Under the pieces are notes generated by a model. The model was not told the DNA's origin. It saw only the letters and a list, made by a program, of their open reading frames with translations, and ran no database searches. A stretch of DNA of 64,000 nt, from NCBI GenBank assembly GCA_963841735.1, contig CAWJDT010000001.1, positions 128,001 to 192,000 on the forward strand. The letters run 5' to 3'. Below, in pieces: positions 40,968 through 49,856 of the stretch; positions within the stretch are counted from its first letter, which is position 1, and each line of letters opens with the position of its first letter. Source of the DNA: an uncultured Actinomycetes bacterium (lineage in GTDB: Bacteria; Actinomycetota; Thermoleophilia; RBG-16-64-13). Position numbers and translations under genes: made by a program.

Positions 40968-41006
40968 GTTATACTGTGTCCAGGATAATACTCAGCGCAG
41001 TATAAC
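40968..41006. promoter_or_regulatory. Long inverted repeat, putative operator
   Basis: GTTATACTG-N21-CAGTATAAC upstream of the lipoprotein gene. Confidence 0.5.
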
Positions 41007-41182
41007 CGGCCCGTTGCGCATGTGGCAAGTCGGAATAAGCCGGCAAATCAGCCCAGCGGCCGCGGTCAGGCGGGCGGAAACTGCGCACCACGGCCACCGT
41101 CGTATCCGCCACTGCGCAGGTTTCGGTACCATGGGGATGAGCAATCCACACAGGTGGCGGAAGAACGAGGAAAGGCTGTGGC

Positions 41183-42115
41183 ATGAAGGTGCCGGCCATC
41201 GGCGCGATACATGAGCGCATCACTGCGATCACGGACGTCTCTTACCCTCTGTACGTGGTTCAGGGAGAAGAGAGCGCTCTGCTCATCGACTCCGGCGCGA
41301 ATCTGCTGGGCCCTCGCTACCTCGCTTCGCTCAACGCCATGTTCCCCCGTGGCGGGCACCCCGGCCAACTCTTCCTTACCCATTCGCACTGGGACCATGT
41401 GGGGTCGGCGGACTATCTAAGGCGGCACATCCCCAGACTGCAGATCGGCGGGCACCCACGACTCGCGACAGTGGTGCGTAAGCCCTCGGCTCTGAAGACG
41501 ATGAACCGTCTCAGCATGGACCAGGTCGAACTTCTCGATCGCAACCCCGCCGGTGAGGACTTGACGCTGCACCCGTTTGAGATCGACGTCCTGCTACAGC
41601 AGGGAGACGAATTCGACCTAGGTGGACTCACCTGCAGGGTATATGAAACCCCGGGCCACACCAGAGACTCCCTGGCCTACTACTTTCCGGAGATCAAGGT
41701 CCTCTTCCCGGGCGATGCGTCAGGGGTTCTGAGGGGCGAGAAGGGCACCTTGATACAGCCCGAATTCGTAGCTTCCTACCAGGGCTACGTGGACTCCCTG
41801 AAACTCATGACCGCCCTTGAGCCGGAGATCATCTGCCTGGCGCACAACTGGGTGCTGACCCAAGCGGACGCGATGCAGTTTCTCGCCGATTCCTTGGCCG
41901 AAACGTTCCGATACCGAGAGCGTATAGAAGGTTACCTAGAAGCTGCCCACGGCAGCGTCGAGGAGACGACTCGAGAGATGGCGCGCGCCGAATACGGTCC
42001 CGAAGGCAGGATGGGCCCGCCGAGCACAGCCCACTTGATGAATCTGTCAGCCCAGGTCAGGCACATCGCCGAGTGCCTTGGCCGCGGCGAAGGCTCGGCG
42101 GACTCGGGGGGCTAG
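41183..42115 (+). CDS. MBL-fold metallo-hydrolase
   Basis: THSHWDHVG, TPGHT, GD, AH. Confidence 0.92.
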   Translation: MKVPAIGAIHERITAITDVSYPLYVVQGEESALLIDSGANLLGPRYLASLNAMFPRGGHPGQLFLTHSHWDHVGSADYLRRHIPRLQIGGHPRLATVVRKPSALKTMNRLSMDQVELLDRNPAGEDLTLHPFEIDVLLQQGDEFDLGGLTCRVYETPGHTRDSLAYYFPEIKVLFPGDASGVLRGEKGTLIQPEFVASYQGYVDSLKLMTALEPEIICLAHNWVLTQADAMQFLADSLAETFRYRERIEGYLEAAHGSVEETTREMARAEYGPEGRMGPPSTAHLMNLSAQVRHIAECLGRGEGSADSGG

Positions 42116-42375
42116 CGCTTTTCTATGTACAGCTCTCCGGCACGCTGCACCAAACGGATGGAGCCCGGATAGTGCTTTGATATGGCATTTCGGAAGCTGG
42201 CAACGGCTGACTTGATCGCCACATCGCCAAGTTCGATTTTGACGGATCGCTGGTCGCTGTTATCCTGAAGATACTTATAAACAGCCTCAACGGTAGCAAC
42301 ATATTTGCTCGTTCTCAGCCCCCGTGATGCCTGTGGAACAGGAACCGGTTTGAAACCAAAAGTCTCAGCTGCCAT
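42112..42375 (-). CDS. Small basic hypothetical protein (87 aa)
   Basis: GGAGG RBS; visibly lower GC than flanks; RTSKY motif. Confidence 0.65.
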   Translation of the reverse strand: MAAETFGFKPVPVPQASRGLRTSKYVATVEAVYKYLQDNSDQRSVKIELGDVAIKSAVASFRNAISKHYPGSIRLVQRAGELYIEKR

Positions 42376-42471
42376 GATGCTTCCTCCCAATAAGATGTGC
42401 TGCTAATCTCACAAGTAGAGTCTAACCGCTAGAACCTAGTGAGATGGGGATATTACCACCATCACCGTAGA

Positions 42472-43314
42472 TCATGACATCATCACATCCCCCAGATTAA
42501 CGCTGCCGGTTTTCAGTGCTACGTCTATTCTTCTCTCACGGCCCAAGAACGAAACCAAAACCACATAGACGCCGCTTTCCCCTTCCAGATGGTCGAACTT
42601 GAAGTCTCCGTAGCAGTCCGTCAACGCGATCGCGATGATCCCCCCGTCCCGAGTCAGGGTCACTGTGGCGCCCTGTGCACATTCGCCCACGCCGTCCTTC
42701 TTGTGCGAGACGCTTCCACCGATAAAACAGTGGCTATAGAGGTACAGGTTCTTGTAGTACACCCGTGGCCTCGTCTCCATTTCGGGCTGGAGGGTATGAA
42801 GCTCTTCTGCCTCGGCTCGGGCCGCCATTTCGTTGTCTTCAACACAGACCGCCACCAAAGCGCCGGTGGGACAGGACTGCACGCAGCGGGGCTTATCCCA
42901 CTTACCGTCCAGTAGGTGAGCGCAGAGGGTGCACTTCTGGGGAACGTTCCTCTCCTCGTTCCAGAAGATAGCGCCGTATGGACAGGCCTTGACCAGGTCC
43001 TTCTGCCCAGCCGCCTTTTGGGGGTCGATGATCACGATGCCGTCGGCGCGCTTGTAGACGGCCTGGCGAAGGGCCTTCTCGATACAAGGAGCGTCGTCAC
43101 AGTGCATACATGGTGTCGGCCGGTAGGCCACGTCCATCATGGGTGCCGCTCCCCGCTCTTTGCGCATGATGTTCATCCAGCGATGCCCGTGCAGCGGTTG
43201 GGCCAGGGCGCAGCCGGGCCAGTCATTCCCCACGTGCTCGTCTTTACAGGCCAGGAAGCAGTTGTTGCAGTCCTCGCATCTGGCTACGTCGATGATCAGG
43301 TTCCATCTACGCAT
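42472..43314 (-). CDS. Transhydroxylase-type beta subunit
   Basis: CEDCNNCFLACKDEH, CMHC, reduced CPY motif, CTLCAH...CVQSCP, TDCYGDFKF. Confidence 0.9.
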   Translation of the reverse strand: MRRWNLIIDVARCEDCNNCFLACKDEHVGNDWPGCALAQPLHGHRWMNIMRKERGAAPMMDVAYRPTPCMHCDDAPCIEKALRQAVYKRADGIVIIDPQKAAGQKDLVKACPYGAIFWNEERNVPQKCTLCAHLLDGKWDKPRCVQSCPTGALVAVCVEDNEMAARAEAEELHTLQPEMETRPRVYYKNLYLYSHCFIGGSVSHKKDGVGECAQGATVTLTRDGGIIAIALTDCYGDFKFDHLEGESGVYVVLVSFLGRERRIDVALKTGSVNLGDVMMS

Positions 43315-46300
43315 TGACGGCTTCTTTCTCTTTCCATTTCTCGACTTCTATCAGGCAGCTGTTCACGGCGATTGAATGCGACCGCTTTATGATGGAGCGG
43401 TGAGGGGTCAGCAGGTTCACACTGCCGGCACGATCGGGGGAGCTGCCCGGTTCGCCGATCGGATCGTAGGAGGCCGACGCTTCGTAGGAGTGCACGGTGC
43501 CCTGCGATATCCGCTCGGTGACCTGAGCCGCGCAGATGACCGCGCCCCTATCGTTGTGCAGTCTCACCAGATCGTTGGTCTTGATGCCCCGCTTTTCGGC
43601 GTCGCTGGGGCTGATCCGAGCGATCCAGTAGTAGTAGCCGTCGATAAGGACGCGGTGGTCCTTGATGTCGTTGATGGTGCTGTCCTTGGCGTCCCCCATG
43701 GAGTGGAAGCTGTAGCGCGGATGAGGCGAGATCAGGCTCAGCGGATACTTCTCAAACAATCCCTCGGTGTGGATACCCTCCCAGGACGGCATGTAGGTGG
43801 GAATGGGGCGCCGCTCGGGATCATCGGGAGCGAAGCGCTTGAGGCTCGAGCACGAGAACTCGAATTTACCCGACTGTGTCTGCAGGCCGTGCAGGTACTC
43901 CTTGTAGTCGGCCGGAAGAGGGGCCAGCTTCAGGTGTGTCTTTGGGACGGCCCTCGGCGAACCACCGAAAAGAAACCGGGTCGCGCATCTCCTCCTTGGG
44001 CGCCCCCAGCACGTAGTAGCCCTTCTTCAGAAACCGCTTCCAGGAGATCTTCTTGGACAGGTCGCTCGCCTCAAAGAGCCGCCGCACCCAATCCAGTTCG
44101 GTGACGCCCTCCGAGTACATCATCCCCAGCCCCAGACGCTGCGCCAGTTCGTAGAAGATCTGGTAGTCCGATTTTGATTCACCCAATGGTTCGATGCACT
44201 TGTGCTGCAGGACGAAGATGCGGTGATTGCACTGGTTGAAGCTGTGCTGGATAAAGCCGGCGCAGTTGGCGGATTCGCTGATGTCCCATCGTTCGAAACT
44301 GGTGCAGGCCGGCAGGATGATGTCGGCGAACTTGGCTTCGCCCTCGAACCAGATGCCTTGGTTGACAACAAATTCGAGGTTCTCGGTGCGGTAGGCGTCG
44401 ACCCAGCGATTGGTATCGCTCATGGTGCCTATGAAGGCGCCGCCGTACCTGTAGTACATCCGGACGGGCGCGCACCCCTCCATGGGGTAGCTGACCTTGG
44501 CGAACTGGGATTCGATGGAAGTGGGGTCCAGCATATAGCCCTCAGCCCTGCCCTCCAGGATCGCTTCCGGCAGGCGCTGCTTGGGGACTCTCTGAGGCAC
44601 CGTGTTGATGGTGGGGAGTTGCGGCATGCGCTGGTACATACTGACGATGCTCGCGTTGCTCTTCACATCTCCGGACAGTCCCCCCTCACAGTAGCCGGGG
44701 AAGTAGAAGTGGGTGTCCACGGGGGTACCTTGCTGAGCGGAGCCCATGTTGACCCCGGGTTTGCCGATGCCCTGCATGGCCATCATGCAGACCATGATGC
44801 GCGCCCATTCGATGCCGGAGGCCGAGCGGCAGGCGCCGCCGAACCCAGTCAGGCCGCCGGCGGCCAGATAGGTGCGCTTGTTCCCCCACTCACGGGCTAA
44901 GGCGCGGACATCTTTCGCCGGAATGCCGGACTCCGGCTCCTGCCACTCGGGCGTCTTGGCTATGCCATCGCTCGTCCCGAGGATGTAGTCGTTCCACTCG
45001 TCGAATCCGGTGGTCCTTGCTTCGACGTATTCCTTGTCATACAGACCTTCGACGAGCCACGTGTGCACGATGGCCAGGGCCATGGCGTTTTCGGTGCCCG
45101 GCCTGGGCGCGAACCACTTGCCGCCGAACAGGGCCGCCGTACTGTTGTAGTAGGGGTCGACGTGGACGAACTTCACGCCCAGATCTTTAAGCCACTGCCG
45201 CCGGACGGTGCCTTCGAAAGCACCGTAGACCCCGCCTGTGGCTTCCGGGTCGCTCGACCAGAACACAACCATCTCGCAGTGTTTCAAGCAGTCTTCAACG
45301 GTGCCGTAGGACTCAGGCGCACCGAGCCGCATCGAATGGCCCCAGTGATGCGAGGCGCCCCAGTACCAACCCTCCCAAGAATCGGGGTTCATGACAGCCT
45401 GCGTGTGGCCGATGAGGTTCATGAAGCGGGCCCTGGCGCTGATGTGATAGCCCAGATAGCCAAAGGTGTGATGCGACGGGTGGGTATTGAGGATGGCGCC
45501 GGGACCGTGCTCCGTCTTCATCCGTCTTGATCTCTCCGGCGACTATTTCGAGAGCCTCGTCCCAGCCAATGCGTTCATATCCTGAGATGCCGCGATTACG
45601 GGGGTTGCGCTCGCCTTTGGGATCGAAGTCGACCCGCTTCATGGGATAGAGCATCCGCTCGGACGAATAGACCATCGATTTCCAGGCCTGGGCGTGAGGG
45701 GAGATCGTCGATCTGCGCGGCGGCGTGAAGCTTCTCCCTCGGGCCTCGATGGTCCACGGTTTTGGGTCGGTGTCGTCGAACTCGATGGGCGTGATGCGGA
45801 TGATCTTGCCGGCCTTCACATAGACGAAACACGGCCCTCCATTGGTGTTGCTGGTGTAGCGCTTGACACCATCTCCCGCGTCGGTTCCGTGCTTCCGGCA
45901 AGACATAAGGCTCAACATGACGGATAGTGTTTCGAAGAACCACGACCCCAGAAGATCCGAGCCCTCGTACGTGATCTGAAAGTTCTTGAGCGCGTTCTGC
46001 ATCTCCAACTGGGCCGTGTTGAGCCCCATCATCCTTGCCGGAAGGCCCTGCTCCCTAAGACCAAGGCGGGCGCAAAGAGAAGCCAATGCCTTCTTCACGA
46101 ACACACTGACGGCAACGTGCTGGTCGGAGAATCTTATGGTGTAGTCCGCACGCCGGTCGATGCCTCGCGCGGATCGCATCCGGCCATCCTTGAGATAGAA
46201 GCATCTGCCCACGGAGCCGTCTTGGAGCTCGATCTGAAAGTCCACGTCCTTTTGCCTCAACCGGGCGGCGAACTCGGGAAAGCGCCAAGCGGTGAAACGC

Positions 46301-46359
46301 ACCAACGGCGCCAGCGAGAACAGAACCAGCGAAAGCAGAGTCTTCTTGAACATGAGCAC
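43307..46359 (-). CDS. Mo-bisPGD oxidoreductase, pyrogallol transhydroxylase family alpha subunit (copy 3) with N-terminal extension; about 3 frameshifts
   Basis: [61 protein letters not shown]. Confidence 0.87.
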
Positions 46360-46400
46360 CGTGTCCTTCCGTGTTGAGCGTCCGCGCGATAAGCAGACTT

Positions 46401-46480
46401 TTCGTTAAGGCTTTAACCTTCTCGTTAATGCTTTAACCTTATAGTTAGCGCTTTAACCTTATAGTTGGTAGATCAACCAC
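46401..46480. repeat. Four tandem 20-bp units with GTTAA-N4-TTAAC palindrome (operator array)
   Basis: ttcGTTAAggctTTAACctt / ctcGTTAAtgctTTAACctt / ataGTTAGcgctTTAACctt / ataGTTGGtagaTCAACcac. Confidence 0.85.
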
Positions 46481-46494
46481 CATGTCAAGAATGA

Positions 46495-46959
46495 CTACCC
46501 CCCGGTACTGCTGATGATCCTGCGGACGACTTCCTTGGCCGTTTGTAGGTCGGCGTCGGAAATACCATCGAGCGCCCACGCCATGTTCTCCTCGGCGAGA
46601 GCGACTAGAGCCGGCAGTACTGCACGGCCTTCCGGAGTCAGATAGACCAAGTTGGAGCGTCCGTCTTCGGGATCCGGACGGCGGACGATGAGGCCCTGCT
46701 TCTCCAACTTGCCGATCAGGTGAAAGGCCGCCACCTTGCTCCGTTGGAAAGAGCTTGCCAGAGCCTGCTGAGATAAGCCGTCCTGCTTCCACAGACAGCC
46801 CAGAAAGGCCCATTGTTCGGGAGTGACGGCATAGCCAGCGTTGCTGAATCTAACCGCCAGGGTGTCACGCAGCCGGTTGGAGCAGGTCGCCATCAGCCAA
46901 GACAGCGGGTCCGTTGGAAAGCCGTCGGTAATGACCAACTGTTCGTCCTCTGACTTCAT
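46495..46959 (-). CDS. MarR-family regulator
   Basis: TPEQW, LSQQALA, LEKQGLIVR, DGRSNLVYLTPEG. Confidence 0.95.
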   Translation of the reverse strand: MKSEDEQLVITDGFPTDPLSWLMATCSNRLRDTLAVRFSNAGYAVTPEQWAFLGCLWKQDGLSQQALASSFQRSKVAAFHLIGKLEKQGLIVRRPDPEDGRSNLVYLTPEGRAVLPALVALAEENMAWALDGISDADLQTAKEVVRRIISSTGG

Positions 46960-46994
46960 TCTGCTGGCCTTCTCGCTAAACGTACCGGTTATTA

Positions 46995-47029
46995 GTTAAC
47001 AGCTTAACGGTCTCGCGATCTCTCGTCAA
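46995..47029 (-). promoter_or_regulatory. marR promoter (TTGACG-N17-TAAGCT) overlapped by operator GTTAACAGCTTAAC
   Basis: Fifth copy of the palindrome at 46995-47008 overlaps the -10 box. Confidence 0.7.
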
Positions 47030-47087
47030 CAAGAAGGCGGCGCCGACCGTGACCCAAAGGAATCACGTTCGGCGCCGCTGAAAACTC

Positions 47088-48443
47088 TTAGCCCCGCCAG
47101 TTGCGCCCAGTCTCGATCATGGCCTTAAGGTTCTCGGCCTTAGCATCGTCAAGCGCGGCCCCGTTGCGCAGGTAGAAGCCGCCGTCCTTGGCACACGTGT
47201 CGAGCAGGTCGGTAACGTACTCTTCGACCTCGGCCGCACCCGCCAGCGCCAGAAGCGCGGTGGGCACGTTGCCGGATATACAGGCGTAGCCCCCCAGGGC
47301 TCGCTTGGCAGCAGCCATGTCGGTCTGATCGAGCAGCCACATGGCGCTGCCGGCAGGCAGATCGTCGTCGGCGATGATGTCCAAACGCTTGCCGTAGCTG
47401 CCCTGAGCGAACATGGTCGGAACCAAGCCCTGGTCGATAAGACCCTTCATCACGGCCTTCAGTGTCGGCCAGTAGAAGGTGCGAAAATCCGCATCCGACA
47501 TGAAGTTGTCGGCGCCCTTGTGCAGCCAGAACATGACGAGGGGCGATTCGGCCCAGGCCCCCTGACGCACACACTGGTCGATCATCAGCGGGACGAACCG
47601 TTCAGCCGCCTCAAGGATCTTGTCCGGTTGACGGAAACGGTCGAGCATGATGCCTTTGGTGCCGCGCAGGGTGTCGGCCAAAACATCGTACGGGGCTTTG
47701 GCCGAGCCGGTCCACTCGGGCGGTATACCCAGACGACCCGCCGCCTCGGCATCAGCGGCCTTTGTCACCTTCATCCACGCGAAACACTCCCCGGCCACCG
47801 CGGCCAACTGCTGCATTCCTTCGACCAGTCCTGGAGAGGCAAAGCCGAGCATGTTGTAGGGCATGGCGGCCGCTTCCATGAAATCTGTGAATGGCGGCAT
47901 GGCTGCCAGGGGGCCGAAGGCCGAGCCGAAGCGGGGCAACAACGACCGCCGAAAGTAGCCTTCGGGGTCGGCGATAAGGGCGTCGTACTCATCCGCCTTC
48001 ATGTACTCGGCTTCCAGGTACTGCCAGGGGGTCTCGTCCGGTAGACCATGCCCAGGCCAGTCGACGAAGTTCAGCCCCAGCAGCTCAAACACCTTCGCGG
48101 GAGAGACAGTCTTCACCTGAAAGTCCGGGCGAAAATCCTCGTGGAACTTGACGAGTGCCGTGGCGGATCTCTGGTAGTCGTACATGGCCTCTTTCTTGGT
48201 GAGACCGCTGTACTTGCCCGAGTAGAAGCCCACGTTCGCCGAGACCGGCACGCGCTCCGGCTTCTTCAGTGTGATGGCGTCAACCAGGAGTTGGACGCGC
48301 TGCTTGTAGTCGTCTTGGACGGCATCGCTCGCGAACTCGACCCCACGCGCGCTCGACCACCGCTGGAAACGACGCTCGCGACGCTCTTTCCAGTCCAATT
48401 TATCCCAGCCGTCAAACATCGGGTCCGGTGCACCCCAGCTCAT
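47088..48443 (-). CDS. Uroporphyrinogen decarboxylase/MtaA-like family protein
   Basis: PERVPV, EYMKADEYD, DTLRG, LHKG, FYWPTL, GNVP, ENLKAM. Confidence 0.85.
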   Translation of the reverse strand: MSWGAPDPMFDGWDKLDWKERRERRFQRWSSARGVEFASDAVQDDYKQRVQLLVDAITLKKPERVPVSANVGFYSGKYSGLTKKEAMYDYQRSATALVKFHEDFRPDFQVKTVSPAKVFELLGLNFVDWPGHGLPDETPWQYLEAEYMKADEYDALIADPEGYFRRSLLPRFGSAFGPLAAMPPFTDFMEAAAMPYNMLGFASPGLVEGMQQLAAVAGECFAWMKVTKAADAEAAGRLGIPPEWTGSAKAPYDVLADTLRGTKGIMLDRFRQPDKILEAAERFVPLMIDQCVRQGAWAESPLVMFWLHKGADNFMSDADFRTFYWPTLKAVMKGLIDQGLVPTMFAQGSYGKRLDIIADDDLPAGSAMWLLDQTDMAAAKRALGGYACISGNVPTALLALAGAAEVEEYVTDLLDTCAKDGGFYLRNGAALDDAKAENLKAMIETGRNWRG

Positions 48444-49849
48444 ATTCGCTCCTTCATAGAACCTAGCGACTTCGTTACACAAGGAATGGTTGTTACATCG
48501 ACGTTCTCGTTGCGGTTCTCATTCAAGTAGGGGAACCGAGATACTGTGGCTCGGATCTCCTTCTGCCGGGTCCCTGGATCGCCCCAGAGCACGGTGACCT
48601 GGGTACCGAGTTCGCCGTGCCCCACATCGATGGAGCAAAGCGACAGCATCGCCCGATAGTAGTAGCTGTAGGCCCGGCCGGAACTCACTCCGACGATTCT
48701 ACCGTCTCGCAGTACCTGGTCGGCGTGCATGATGTGGCCCCCATGACGCTGGCCCAGATCGATCGGGTCCATCCACGCATAGGGCTCGCCGTCTCTGTAT
48801 TGCGACAAGTGCACGTCGAGCAGATCCTCGATGTCCCAGACCAGGGTGACCATCTTCCGCCGTGGTTGCTGCACTTCTTTCTCCAGGGCGACGCGTCCGA
48901 TGAAGTCGTGATCGAACTTGATGGTCTTCCCCCATCCGAGTTCCACCGGACTACGGTAGCGCAGCTTGATGTCCGCCCCCATGCTCCCGGCCAAGGTTGC
49001 CGGCAGCCCGTCCATCTCCGGGGGCATGCCGAGAAACGCCATGAAGCCTTTGTCGTCCCCCCAAGGCAGCGGGAAATGGACGAAAGACTGCGGAAAGCCG
49101 TTCTGGGTGTGGTTCATCTGATAGACACGCCAGCCGAGCTTGGTCAGCCCGAAGGGTTCTCCCGCCGCTACGATGGCGTCGTAGAGAAGTACCGCTTCGC
49201 TGGTAGAACCGTGGACCTCGTAGGCGAGAGTCCCTGCCATGCCCATGCGGGTGATCCGTACATCCATGCCCTGGATGCTGCTCATACGGTGATGGCCGAA
49301 CTTGATGTCATGCAGGCACTCGCCGGTAGCCACCTCAAGTATCTCGAGAGACCGCGGGCCGCCAAGCTGAAGCAGCAAGCGATCGTTCACCCATTCGCCC
49401 CGCGCGTCGTACCCACCCGTGTAGAACTTATAGGCTGCGTAAGGCGCCAGGAAGTAGGTGATGAAGTCGTCTTCCGCCACTCGTAGCAGCACACCGTGGG
49501 CTATGACCATCCCCTGCTCGTTGCACATGATGGCGTGCTTCAGGGTGCCGACGGCGAAGTTGGCGAAGCTGTTCACGCAGATATCGGAGAAGAACCTCAG
49601 CGCATCGGGCCCCTTTACCCGGAACGTGGGAGCAGGATTGAGGCCCGCGTGTAGGTAGCAGCCCGTCTTCCAGGACACCTCCTCCTCACGCCATCCGCTG
49701 TACTCAAGAGGGACGACGGAGTCGAGTCCCATACCGAACACCCTGCTATAGATGTAGAAATCCACATTGGGGTCGTACGCGGCATACGGGAGGTGGGAGA
49801 AGCTCCTCTCCGCTCCGTCGTGTGGCGCCGCTTCACCTATGCCGCCCAC
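48440..49849 (-). CDS. Aminomethyltransferase family (LigM/DesA-like THF-dependent demethylase)
   Basis: EYSGWREE..SWK, NSFANF, RMGMAG..YEVHG, SPVELGW, FDHDFIG, LWGDPG. Confidence 0.85.
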   Translation of the reverse strand: MGGIGEAAPHDGAERSFSHLPYAAYDPNVDFYIYSRVFGMGLDSVVPLEYSGWREEEVSWKTGCYLHAGLNPAPTFRVKGPDALRFFSDICVNSFANFAVGTLKHAIMCNEQGMVIAHGVLLRVAEDDFITYFLAPYAAYKFYTGGYDARGEWVNDRLLLQLGGPRSLEILEVATGECLHDIKFGHHRMSSIQGMDVRITRMGMAGTLAYEVHGSTSEAVLLYDAIVAAGEPFGLTKLGWRVYQMNHTQNGFPQSFVHFPLPWGDDKGFMAFLGMPPEMDGLPATLAGSMGADIKLRYRSPVELGWGKTIKFDHDFIGRVALEKEVQQPRRKMVTLVWDIEDLLDVHLSQYRDGEPYAWMDPIDLGQRHGGHIMHADQVLRDGRIVGVSSGRAYSYYYRAMLSLCSIDVGHGELGTQVTVLWGDPGTRQKEIRATVSRFPYLNENRNENVDVTTIPCVTKSLGSMKERI

Positions 49850-49856
49850 GCTCGCC

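Noticed and set aside
46401-46480. Tandem repeats as a mini-CRISPR array or replication iterons
   Set aside because: The period is 20 bp with no unique spacers, there is no cas or rep gene, and the same palindrome sits on the marR promoter, so an operator fits better.
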